Shown in pieces: positions 8,966 through 18,516 of a stretch of 53,420 nucleotides of DNA. The notes beneath the pieces were generated by a model. That model did not search any database, was not told where the DNA came from, and saw nothing but the letters and a program-made list of their open reading frames with translations. This DNA is from a virus. Its lineage: Duplodnaviria; Caudoviricetes. The DNA lies in the IMG/VR virus record IMGVR_UViG_3300042544_000638, positions 1 to 53,420 of that record; one strand, given 5' to 3'. Both the position numbers and the translations under genes were made by a program. How positions within the stretch are numbered: the stretch's first letter is position 1; every line of letters starts with the position of its first letter.

Positions 8966-9952
8966 ATGTACAACATTAAAAAGAACGCAAAAGCGTATAT
9001 TGTATACTATGATACTGCTCAATCTGTATATAAGCGATATCAGGTAGAGATATATAATGACATTACTGTTTCTCAAACTTTTGATGAACAAGGATATAGG
9101 ACTAAGACTCTACATAATCTAGTATCAGTACATGACCATGCTACTGTTAATAGTGCAAATCCTGCTAATTTTAGTTTCACTACTCCTTTACTTAGTATTG
9201 CAGAGGCTCCTATATTCCTATCTTTAGGAGGAGATTGTAGTTCTGGAACTTTGAATAGCTTTGATTTATACGTAGAATCTGATAATATTATTTATAAACT
9301 AACGAAATGTGTAATAGAGCAGATGAGCTATAATATACAGAGAACATCTATTCTTACTATTTCGATTTCGGGCACAGGTTCTAAATTAGAAAAATTTGGA
9401 AATGTAGGCTCCGTTACTATTCCTGGAGTACCTTTAACGTATTCTATAAGGTCTTACATACCTATAGATAAACTATCCATACTTATTGACAACACGATCT
9501 TAAGTAATATATCTTCATTAAACATAGATCTGAAGAACGACATTTTATGGTATCCAAGTAAAACCATAAATGAAGCTATAGCTGGAACTACTATGTATCC
9601 TGCGGCATTCGCGCTTCAGGGAAGGACTCTTTCAGGTTCAATAACTCAATTCTTAACTTCTGACAATGTAGACTCATTATCAGATACTAGTACAACATCG
9701 CAGGTAATAATAGACATTTATAGTGATTTATACTCACTAACTAATTCAATATTAGAATTCAATTTACCTTCAACAGTATTTACTAGAAGAATTAATATAG
9801 AGGATCTAATAACTAGATCCTACGATTTTAGGTTAAATACCAACTCTGGAATAACATCTCCAGAATACGGACAAGTAAGTGTTACGATACTAGATCGAGC
9901 AGGTAGTATTATTATGGATAGATTTAATGATAATATTCTAAGAAGGAGTTAA
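8966..9952 (+). CDS. Minor tail (baseplate tube) protein, T5 p140-like, copy 1
   Basis: SQTFDE..KTLHNL..ANPANFSF motif; position after tail tube. Confidence 0.78.
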   Translation: MYNIKKNAKAYIVYYDTAQSVYKRYQVEIYNDITVSQTFDEQGYRTKTLHNLVSVHDHATVNSANPANFSFTTPLLSIAEAPIFLSLGGDCSSGTLNSFDLYVESDNIIYKLTKCVIEQMSYNIQRTSILTISISGTGSKLEKFGNVGSVTIPGVPLTYSIRSYIPIDKLSILIDNTILSNISSLNIDLKNDILWYPSKTINEAIAGTTMYPAAFALQGRTLSGSITQFLTSDNVDSLSDTSTTSQVIIDIYSDLYSLTNSILEFNLPSTVFTRRINIEDLITRSYDFRLNTNSGITSPEYGQVSVTILDRAGSIIMDRFNDNILRRS

Positions 9953-9953
9953 T

Positions 9954-10868
9954 ATGTATAATTTTAAGAAAAATATAAAATTATATATAGTCGAATTAAA
10001 TTCTTCTGGCACTCCAACTAACAAACATTTAATGGAGATTTATAATGATGTATCGGCGTCTCAAACATTCGACGAACAAAGTTATAAACAAAAGAGTCTT
10101 CATAATTTAATACACTTACACGAACAGGCAGTAGTTAATAATGCTAATATAGCAAATTTTAGTTTTACTACTCCCATTCTTAATATAGCAACAACCCCCA
10201 TAATTCTAAGTTTAGGAGGGGATTACAGCACAGGCACTATAGCTAATTTTGATATGTATATAGAGTCTGATAATGTTATTTATAAACTGACGAAGTGTGT
10301 AATAGAGTCATTGACTTTTAATATAGAAAAATCCTCTATCCTTACAGTCTCTGTATCAGGTAGTGCTTCGAGAGTATCTAAATTTGGAAATGTAGGTGCT
10401 GTGACAATTCCTGGTACCACATTCAATGTAGGAACAAAATCTTATATTGATACACATAGAATTAGTACAGCGGTGTCTGGTACAGTTCTTGACAATGTCG
10501 CAGCCTTAAATGTTGATATAAGAAACGATATAAGTTGGACTCAGAATACTACAGTTAATGATGCAATAGCAGGAACAATGGTATATCCCGCCTCTTATGT
10601 ACTACAAGGAAGAACTTTTTCTGGTTCCATAACACAATTTTTAACCTCTATTAATGTAGACACATTAACAGATACAAGCACAAGTGCCTCGGTAGTTATA
10701 GGAATATTTAACAACGGGTACTCTCAAACAACTCCAATATTACAATTCAATTTACCTTCAACCGTATTTACTAGAAGATTGAATTTTGAGGAGGTTATCA
10801 ATAGAGTCTACGATTTTAGACTCAATTCTAATTTAACAATTGTAAAGCCTATTTACAAAGGAGTATAA
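9954..10868 (+). CDS. Minor tail (baseplate tube) protein, T5 p140-like, copy 2
   Basis: Colinear paralogue of 8966-9952 (ESDNVIYKLTKCVIE, LQGRTFSGSITQFLTS, FNLPSTVFTRR). Confidence 0.78.
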   Translation: MYNFKKNIKLYIVELNSSGTPTNKHLMEIYNDVSASQTFDEQSYKQKSLHNLIHLHEQAVVNNANIANFSFTTPILNIATTPIILSLGGDYSTGTIANFDMYIESDNVIYKLTKCVIESLTFNIEKSSILTVSVSGSASRVSKFGNVGAVTIPGTTFNVGTKSYIDTHRISTAVSGTVLDNVAALNVDIRNDISWTQNTTVNDAIAGTMVYPASYVLQGRTFSGSITQFLTSINVDTLTDTSTSASVVIGIFNNGYSQTTPILQFNLPSTVFTRRLNFEEVINRVYDFRLNSNLTIVKPIYKGV

Positions 10869-10871
10869 TAA

Positions 10872-11318
10872 ATGAATTTAAGTGAATTAATGGTCGATAC
10901 CAAATCAGCATGGGTAGAACACCCAGCATATGAAGGACTAGAAGTAGAACTAGTTAACCTATCTCGACCAGAACTAACTGCACTTCGTAAGCGTTGCGTA
11001 AGCACCAAGTTCGATAAGGCGACAAGGAAGCCTGTAGAAGAACTAAACGAAGAAAAGTTTATTGCAGAGTTTACAAAAGCAACAATTAAAAACTGGAAAG
11101 GATTCAAGTATAAGTATCTAGAAGAGCTAATGCTAGTCGATCTATCCTCGGTGGAAGCCGATGCTGAACTTCCATATAATCAAGAAAATGCGAAGCTACT
11201 AATTACAAATTCTGCGGAGTTCGATACATGGGTAAATGATACGGTGTTCGATCTAGAAAACTTTCGTACAGGAGCAAAAAAGCCTTCTGTGGCAAAGACT
11301 GCAAAAGTGGCAGAATAG
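10872..11318 (+). CDS. Tail assembly chaperone (T5 p139-like)
   Basis: IKNWKG, FDTWVNDTVFDLENFR; two genes upstream of tape measure; AAGGAG RBS. Confidence 0.8.
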   Translation: MNLSELMVDTKSAWVEHPAYEGLEVELVNLSRPELTALRKRCVSTKFDKATRKPVEELNEEKFIAEFTKATIKNWKGFKYKYLEELMLVDLSSVEADAELPYNQENAKLLITNSAEFDTWVNDTVFDLENFRTGAKKPSVAKTAKVAE

Positions 11319-11367
11319 TTTCGAAGCAGGAATTACTAAAGAAAAATACCTGACCCTCTGTGAACAG

Positions 11368-11661
11368 ATGGGTCAGGAACCTTCTGAGGAGAAATGTCCT
11401 CCGGATTACGAAGATTTTCCTGTGCCAGTTCAGCAAGCTATCGAAGTATTTAATAAACTAGGGGATAGAGTATATCCCGATATAGGGTATATGGGCAAAG
11501 ACTATACTGCTCTACCTCTACATATGGACGTAGTAGGCGTCACAGAGAAAGATATATTTTTAGAAACTTTAGTTAGGCTCGATGAATCTATGATAAAGAG
11601 ATCAGCTGAACAACTAAAGAAAGCACGGGATTCCGTCAAAAAGAAGGGACATGGCAAATAA
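11368..11661 (+). CDS. Second tail assembly chaperone (T5 p138-like), probably the frameshift extension of the upstream chaperone
   Basis: Frame is open from 11257; LGDRVYPDIGYMGKDY; directly precedes TMP. Confidence 0.75.
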   Translation: MGQEPSEEKCPPDYEDFPVPVQQAIEVFNKLGDRVYPDIGYMGKDYTALPLHMDVVGVTEKDIFLETLVRLDESMIKRSAEQLKKARDSVKKKGHGK

Positions 11662-14600
11662 GTTAACTTTTGAAATTGTTGTATCAGATAATGGTTCAGC
11701 AAAGCTAGTTCAAAAAGGCATAGAAAACGTAGGTAAAAGCGCCGAAGAAACATCTAGAAAAACTAGAGGAGCTGCTAAATCTCAGGATGAATTTAACTAT
11801 AAGTTAAATCAAGGTACTATTGGTGCTTCCTCTGCCGCTAGAAGTTTTTCTAAACTAAACCAAGCAATCGGCGAAGGGCCTAATGGACTTGTAGGCGCAT
11901 ATGCGACTCTGGCAGCGAATGCGTTCGCCGTTAGTGCTGCTTTTAATACTTTAAGAGAAGCATCTCAAGCAGAGATGGTTATGAGAGGCTTGGAAGTCCA
12001 GGGTGCAAGGCTTGGAGTTACTTTAACTAATACTGCTCAAACAGTACAAGAGTTAGCCAGAGGACAGCTCAGTTTAACCGAGTCTATGCAAGCAACAGCA
12101 CAGGCTTCAGCAGTAGGTTTTAGTTCTAAATCGATTGAAGAAATTACTGTAGCAGCACAGAATGCTTCAATCGCTTTAGGTAGAAACATGGGTGATTCTA
12201 TGGATCGTCTCATTAAGGGTACAAGTAAACTTGAACCGGAATTACTAGACGAACTAGGTATCATGGTAAAGCTAGAGGAAGCTACAAATAAGTATGCACT
12301 AGCTACAGGTAAGAATGCTTCTAGTTTGACTTCATTTGAAAGAAGACAAGCCTTCTTAAATGCGGCATTAGAAGAAAGCAGAGTCAAGTTCGGAGGGCTA
12401 TCAGATGAAGTCGAAGCAGACCCTTATACTAAACTCGCAGCCTCTTTCTCTAATTTAACAAAGGAAACCTTAAACTTCGTAAATAGTACTTTAGGAGTTG
12501 GGAGTGTAGTAAATTTCCTAGCCGAAAACACTACGGCTTTAATTGCAGTTCTGGTAATGTTTGCAGGTACTATTTCAAGACAATTAGTGCCTAGCTTATA
12601 TGAAGTTTCTGAGTCCGCTTTAATAGCCAAAACTGCAATAGATAACAAAATTAAAAGTCAAAAAGCTGCAATAGCAGTCACACTACGACTAGCGGCCGCA
12701 GAGAAAAAAGCAGCAGCAGCAGCAGCTACAAGTAATCTAGATGTTGGCGGCAGTCCTGAAAAAGCTCAACAGTACATAAAAGCTCTAAAAGAAGGAAACG
12801 CTGTAGAAGGACAAAGAGAAGCTGCTATTAGATCTGTGACCGGAGCTATAGCAGGAAATACGGCAGCTTTAAATAGAATGACTGATACAGAATCAGTTGC
12901 ATATAAAGAAAAACAAGCTTTAATCGCAGCCCTTAGAAAGCAAAAAGAAGCATTAGCAGAACTAACTACCGCTGAATTAAACCATGCCAATGTAATATCG
13001 GCTTCTGAAAATAAATTAAAAGTTTTAAGAACAGAAAGTAAAGCTCTTAGAAATGAAAATATAGCAATCGCAAGTAGGGCTAATGCTATTGAGGCGGCTG
13101 GAGAAGGTCGTTTAAGAGATTCCTATAGACAATCTCAGAAGAGCTTATTAGCATATAATTTAAGTTTAACTAGAACTGCACAAGCAAAAACTATGGCCGC
13201 AGCTAGTGGCGGGTTCTTTGCTAGAAGTCTAGCATTTGTAGCAAATAATAGTATTATTGCTCGTACAGGATTATTCGCATTAAGTCTAGGTGTAAGAGCA
13301 TTAGGAGCCGCTCTTTTAAACGCTATTCCAATTATAGGTCAAGTTCTATTTGTGGTTTCTCTTATACAAGAATACGGAGGTATGTTCTGGGATTGGATGT
13401 TTCCGCCTCCAGCAGGACAAGAAGCCTTAGATAAAGCGAAAACAGCTTTAGACGAAATTCTTACTAGAGTAGACGAGACTGCAAAGAAAACGTCTGTAGT
13501 ATTCGCAGACAAAGGAGCTTCGGCATTAGAAGCTGCGGGCGCATATTTAGCTCTATCCAATACTGTAAGAGAAGTCGGAGACGCTCTAGCAGAGGTGGAA
13601 CAAGCTCAAAAGCAGCTAGGTGTATCAAGTACCATCGCATCTAGTAAATTACTAGAAACAGCTCTTGACAAGAGAGGTCAAACATTAGGTGAAGATGTTG
13701 TAAGTTCTGAAGCCTTTAAATCATTGAACTCACTTACTAAGTTAGGCTTCGCTCCTCTCAATAAAGAGATAATGGATGCCACTATAAATAGTAAAGAATT
13801 TAATCAAGCGACAGATAAGCAAAAAATAGATATACTATCTAAAGCAGTAGAGACTCTATCGGATAAGTATGCTAGCGTTGGACATGCTATCGCTGAATTG
13901 AGATCAAATTATAAGAATCTTGATGATGCTACTTCTTCTTTTATAAAAAGCGCAACCCCAAGTACACCTTATGATGGTTTAGTGGAGAATCTTACTGCCA
14001 CAAAGGTATCTATAAATAATTTAGAGGCTGAACTCGCTAAAGGGACTATTACATTTAAGGACTTTAATAAGCAGATTACTGATATAGGTTCAAAAGGATC
14101 TGGACTGCTAACTAGTAATACACAAGATCAAATACAATCTTTACAAAAGTTAAATACTGCTGTAAAGAACAGTGAAGAACAACTAAGTAAAATAACTAGT
14201 GGTCCATACAGTACTGAATTTATTAATAAAGAAAGAGAAATCACAGCTCTAAAAAGAGAACAATCGAAAGCAGAAAGAGACCTTGCTTCAGACATTAAAA
14301 AAGATATAGCTGCACAACAGCAGAAACTTCTATCTCTGCAAAGACAAACAATAATAATTGAAGGTCAACTAAAGTTAGAGCAAGCTAAGTATAACTCAAC
14401 AAAGAAGTTTCTCTCAGAAACTGGAGCAGGTTATCAAGTTCTAGTAAATCAAGAAGAAAAAATAAGAGATATACAAGTAGGGAAGATAAGAGCAGAGCAA
14501 GCTATATTAACTTTACTAAATACACAAAATCAAATAAAACTAGATGCAGCAATAACCGATAAAAATGCTTTAGATATAAGAATAGCTAATATAAAAGCAG

Positions 14601-17600
14601 GTAAAGAAGACCTTAATATACTTACCAAGATTTTTGATACTTTCAAAAGCCTTCTCAAATTAGGAGGAATAGATACTTCCACCACTATAGAAAACCTAGA
14701 AGCAGAGGCAAAAATCCTAGAAGGTACTATAACCAACCTAGAAGCTGAGGCTAGTAAATTGGGCAATGCAATAGATTCGATGGACTTCTCTGTAGCTGCT
14801 ATACTGGCTGAAAATCTTACTGAAGCAGAAAAAGCTGCAGAAAAGTTAAGATTAGATTTTGAAAATATTCAAAAATTAAGTGAAAAAATAAAAGCGTCTA
14901 CTCTTGATGCTCTTATTTATGAAGGAAAGAGAGAGGCTTTATTAAATGCTTCCTCAATTAGCACTATAAAAGAAGCAAAAGAGCTTATATCTAAATATAA
15001 AAGAGACGAAGTTGCAGCAGCAGACGCATTAAAAACAGCAGAAGATAAGTTAAATATTGAGATAAAAGCATTACAAGCAGGACAAGATCGTGTAGGAGCA
15101 GAATCCGAGGCTGGCAAAGCTATAGGCGTAAGCATACAGTTAAAACAGCAAGAATTAAAAATTACACAAGATACTGCTCAAATACAAAAAGAAATCTTAA
15201 GCGCAACTCTAGCTATAGATTTAGCAGAAAAATTTAAGCTAGATACTCTAGGTAATGGATTAGAAATACAGCAAAATGCGTTATCTCTACTACAAAAAGA
15301 ACTCGATCTAAGAGGAACTCTAATAGATCAAGAAAAACAACTAGCAACTCTAAGAGCAAAAATTCTAGTAGGAGATAAAGCTAGTCCAGCATTGGAAAGA
15401 TCTATAGAAGCTAAGGCAGCTGCAGAGCAGTATAATTTGGCCGTAGATCAATTTGGATTAAAAATGGCAGCTATAGATGCAGAATACGCAATACTAGAGG
15501 CCCAGAAACTACAATTAGAGTATAATTTAAAAGCTCAATATGCCTTCTTAGAAGCTCAGTATAGAGCATCAGGTGGGATAGATGCTGTAGAGCAAACAGG
15601 TCTAGATCAGTTATCTAATGCTATAGGTATGCTAGGTAACGTTAATTATGACGTATTAAAAGAAACAGCAAAAACAGCAGAGAAAAATACACTAGAACTG
15701 CTAAGACTTAGAGCTATAGAAGCTTCTGGTCCATCTGGAGGTGTATTTGGTGGTCTTGGTGGAGCAGTCCTACAGAGTGTGATGATATTCGATAACATGA
15801 ATAAATCAACTAAGACTTTAAAGGACGCTAATGAAAAAGCAAAACAACCTATAGAGAATCTGGCAAAAGTACATCTACCTGATTTTTCTAAAGCTACTAT
15901 AGATGCTGAGAAAGCATTAGGTGCATTTACTTCCCAAATTCAAACTCTTGATTTAAATATTCCAGAATTAAAGAATAAGTTATTTTTAATAGCAGATACC
16001 TTTAATCAATTTCTAAATAAATTAGAAAAAGAAGGTGGAATACAGTCTCAAGCTGCTAATATGGGACAAATAGCAGGTGCTAGTGCTAAAGAAATAGCTA
16101 AGAATGCGTTTGAGTATACCAAAAAAGCATTCCCAGAACTAAGAGTAGATGAGTTCGGAGTCAAAACCGGACACAAAAAAGGTAGTATGCACTATGTAAG
16201 TAGAGCCTTTGATGTTAATGTACCGGGTTCAGGAGTAGAAGCGAATAATCCAGCTCATAGAGCACAACTGGATAAAGTAGCACAAGATCTTAGTAATAAG
16301 GGAATCGAAGTACTTTGGAATGGTTGGATATGGAAAGCTGGTGAAAAGGCTTCTGAGATTAAATCTGGAAATAAACACTATGACCATCTACACGCCGAAA
16401 TAGACGAAGCCTCGTATAAAGCTATTAAAAAGATGATGGAAACAACAACTGCTGCAATTTCTTCTGGAGCAACTAAAGCTGTAGAAGAAACAAAACCCGC
16501 AGCACCAGCAGCCGCAGCGGCAGTGACACCAGTAGTAGGTACACTACCTGTAACTAGGTCTCAAGCAGCTATAGATGCAGAACAAGAACAAGTAGGAACT
16601 GTACCTACATTCAAGCAAGATACTTCTTCAAATATAGCACGGCCAATTATGGAGGATAGTACTCCTATTGTTGCTAGTGCCAGTAAGGCTAAAGGCGGGC
16701 TAGATACGTTCCTAAAAACAGCAACACCTTCTCTAGAGTATTTCATTGAGCAATTCAAGTCTCTAGGGCCAGAGGGTAACGTAGCTGCTGTTGTTCTCTC
16801 AAACATGCTTAGTTTTGGGGAACAAATAAGTACCACGTTTAGTACTATTGGTATGAGTACACAAGAACTATCAAAAATAGTTGGAAAAGATCTAACTGAT
16901 ACTCAAGCTGGTATGATGAAAATGGCAGCAGGAATGGAAATGGCAGCTGCTGCAATAGGAGCTGTAAATCAAATTCTACAAGCTAGTGCACAAGCCAAAA
17001 TATCCAATATAGACAAAGAAATAGCTGCAGAACAGAAAAGAGATGGAAAATCATCACAAAGTATGGCAAAAATCGAAGCTATGGAGAAAAAGAAAGACTC
17101 TATAGCAAGAAAAGCTTTTAATACTAATAAAAAGCTAATGATAGCTCAAGCAGTAATGTCTACAGCCGCAGGTGTAACCAATGCTCTAGCAGCTCCTACA
17201 GGTAATCCTGTATTAAATGCGGTTATGGCGGGTATTATTGGTGCGATGGGCTTAGCTCAAGTTGCTATAATCGCGGGAACATCCTATGAAGGCGGTGCTT
17301 CTTCTGCTAAATCAGCATCAATGCCATCCTCCTTCTCAATTGGTAGACGTTCAGATACAGTCGATCTTGCTAGAGGTCCAAATGCTAATGCAGGAGGCGA
17401 AGCTGGATTCTTAAGAGGCGCTCAAGGTATTGGAACTAATGCAAGTAACTATCGTACTATTGGCTCCGCTTATGGTGGTGAACTAATGAGAGGCTATGGT
17501 AACAGAGGCTTCGTTGTTGGAGAGAAAGGTCCTGAGGTTATTACCCCAGATACACCAATCACAGTAACACCAGCAAATGAAAGCAGCCAAGCACAGTCAA

Positions 17601-17776
17601 TCAATGCTAGCTTCAACATTCAAGCCCTTGATGCTTCTGGAGTACAAGATATTCTAGTAAGCCAGAAAGGAAACATTATTAAAATGCTACGTGAAGCATC
17701 TAATGCTAGTGGCAAGTCGTTTATGGAAGACGTTAATGTTGACGTCTATACTAGGCCGTCAGTAGGGAAACTATAA
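11651..17776 (+). CDS. Tape measure protein (T5 pb2-like) with internal peptidase-like domain
   Basis: 2041 aa, Ala/Leu/Lys helical; AYATLAANAFA, KLEPELLDELGI; hydrophobic segment ~13260-13400; VVGEKGPEVITP near C-terminus. Confidence 0.92.
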   Translation: MANKLTFEIVVSDNGSAKLVQKGIENVGKSAEETSRKTRGAAKSQDEFNYKLNQGTIGASSAARSFSKLNQAIGEGPNGLVGAYATLAANAFAVSAAFNTLREASQAEMVMRGLEVQGARLGVTLTNTAQTVQELARGQLSLTESMQATAQASAVGFSSKSIEEITVAAQNASIALGRNMGDSMDRLIKGTSKLEPELLDELGIMVKLEEATNKYALATGKNASSLTSFERRQAFLNAALEESRVKFGGLSDEVEADPYTKLAASFSNLTKETLNFVNSTLGVGSVVNFLAENTTALIAVLVMFAGTISRQLVPSLYEVSESALIAKTAIDNKIKSQKAAIAVTLRLAAAEKKAAAAAATSNLDVGGSPEKAQQYIKALKEGNAVEGQREAAIRSVTGAIAGNTAALNRMTDTESVAYKEKQALIAALRKQKEALAELTTAELNHANVISASENKLKVLRTESKALRNENIAIASRANAIEAAGEGRLRDSYRQSQKSLLAYNLSLTRTAQAKTMAAASGGFFARSLAFVANNSIIARTGLFALSLGVRALGAALLNAIPIIGQVLFVVSLIQEYGGMFWDWMFPPPAGQEALDKAKTALDEILTRVDETAKKTSVVFADKGASALEAAGAYLALSNTVREVGDALAEVEQAQKQLGVSSTIASSKLLETALDKRGQTLGEDVVSSEAFKSLNSLTKLGFAPLNKEIMDATINSKEFNQATDKQKIDILSKAVETLSDKYASVGHAIAELRSNYKNLDDATSSFIKSATPSTPYDGLVENLTATKVSINNLEAELAKGTITFKDFNKQITDIGSKGSGLLTSNTQDQIQSLQKLNTAVKNSEEQLSKITSGPYSTEFINKEREITALKREQSKAERDLASDIKKDIAAQQQKLLSLQRQTIIIEGQLKLEQAKYNSTKKFLSETGAGYQVLVNQEEKIRDIQVGKIRAEQAILTLLNTQNQIKLDAAITDKNALDIRIANIKAGKEDLNILTKIFDTFKSLLKLGGIDTSTTIENLEAEAKILEGTITNLEAEASKLGNAIDSMDFSVAAILAENLTEAEKAAEKLRLDFENIQKLSEKIKASTLDALIYEGKREALLNASSISTIKEAKELISKYKRDEVAAADALKTAEDKLNIEIKALQAGQDRVGAESEAGKAIGVSIQLKQQELKITQDTAQIQKEILSATLAIDLAEKFKLDTLGNGLEIQQNALSLLQKELDLRGTLIDQEKQLATLRAKILVGDKASPALERSIEAKAAAEQYNLAVDQFGLKMAAIDAEYAILEAQKLQLEYNLKAQYAFLEAQYRASGGIDAVEQTGLDQLSNAIGMLGNVNYDVLKETAKTAEKNTLELLRLRAIEASGPSGGVFGGLGGAVLQSVMIFDNMNKSTKTLKDANEKAKQPIENLAKVHLPDFSKATIDAEKALGAFTSQIQTLDLNIPELKNKLFLIADTFNQFLNKLEKEGGIQSQAANMGQIAGASAKEIAKNAFEYTKKAFPELRVDEFGVKTGHKKGSMHYVSRAFDVNVPGSGVEANNPAHRAQLDKVAQDLSNKGIEVLWNGWIWKAGEKASEIKSGNKHYDHLHAEIDEASYKAIKKMMETTTAAISSGATKAVEETKPAAPAAAAAVTPVVGTLPVTRSQAAIDAEQEQVGTVPTFKQDTSSNIARPIMEDSTPIVASASKAKGGLDTFLKTATPSLEYFIEQFKSLGPEGNVAAVVLSNMLSFGEQISTTFSTIGMSTQELSKIVGKDLTDTQAGMMKMAAGMEMAAAAIGAVNQILQASAQAKISNIDKEIAAEQKRDGKSSQSMAKIEAMEKKKDSIARKAFNTNKKLMIAQAVMSTAAGVTNALAAPTGNPVLNAVMAGIIGAMGLAQVAIIAGTSYEGGASSAKSASMPSSFSIGRRSDTVDLARGPNANAGGEAGFLRGAQGIGTNASNYRTIGSAYGGELMRGYGNRGFVVGEKGPEVITPDTPITVTPANESSQAQSINASFNIQALDASGVQDILVSQKGNIIKMLREASNASGKSFMEDVNVDVYTRPSVGKL

Positions 17777-18516
17777 TGCCAACTTTTACAACCTTCTCGG
17801 ACCTACTACCAGATCCGATTAATAAAATAAATAATGCAGGAGCTGTTGATGCAGCAGGTAGTGCTGGCCCTGGGTTTGCTAAAATAAAGTTTACCTCGGA
17901 CAATACTACTCAAGTATCTCGAACAATAAGTGGGAGGGGCGTAACTGCCTCTCCCAGTTATCATAGCTGGTCGTTTGATATTTCATACAATCCAATGACT
18001 AGAGCTGAATTCGATCCAGTAGGTGCCTTTTTAGAAATGCGCAGAGGAAGATTAAATCCTTTCTACGTTATTCTACCACAACACGCAAGACCAAAAGATA
18101 CTACTTTTGCTACCTATGCCGCTGCAAATATGAATGGTATAACAGCGGCTGCAGCAACTGCGGCAGGATCTCCTACTCTTATGCTCAATGGATTTACAGC
18201 AGTGTCAGGAAGCCCTAGTCCTGGAGACTTCTTTACGATCACAGACTCATCTGATGCTAACCATAAAAAAGCATATAAAGTATTAAGAGTGGAAGATAAT
18301 GGTACTTACCAAGTAGGTACTACGCAGCCTGCACTTAATACCCAGAGAAGAGTCTGGACTCAGCCTCCAATGTCAAGAGCAGTAGCTAGTGGTGCCATAA
18401 TTAATTTTATAAATCCACGATTTAGAGTAATTCAAAAAGGAGATACGATGGAATATGATCTAGATACAGATAATCTATATCAATTCTCTCTATCATTGGA
18501 AGAAATCCTACCATGA
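17776..18516 (+). CDS. Distal tail protein (T5 pb9-like)
   Basis: LPDP start, GPGFAKIKF, WSFDISYNPMTRAEF; directly after TMP. Confidence 0.8.
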   Translation: MPTFTTFSDLLPDPINKINNAGAVDAAGSAGPGFAKIKFTSDNTTQVSRTISGRGVTASPSYHSWSFDISYNPMTRAEFDPVGAFLEMRRGRLNPFYVILPQHARPKDTTFATYAAANMNGITAAAATAAGSPTLMLNGFTAVSGSPSPGDFFTITDSSDANHKKAYKVLRVEDNGTYQVGTTQPALNTQRRVWTQPPMSRAVASGAIINFINPRFRVIQKGDTMEYDLDTDNLYQFSLSLEEILP

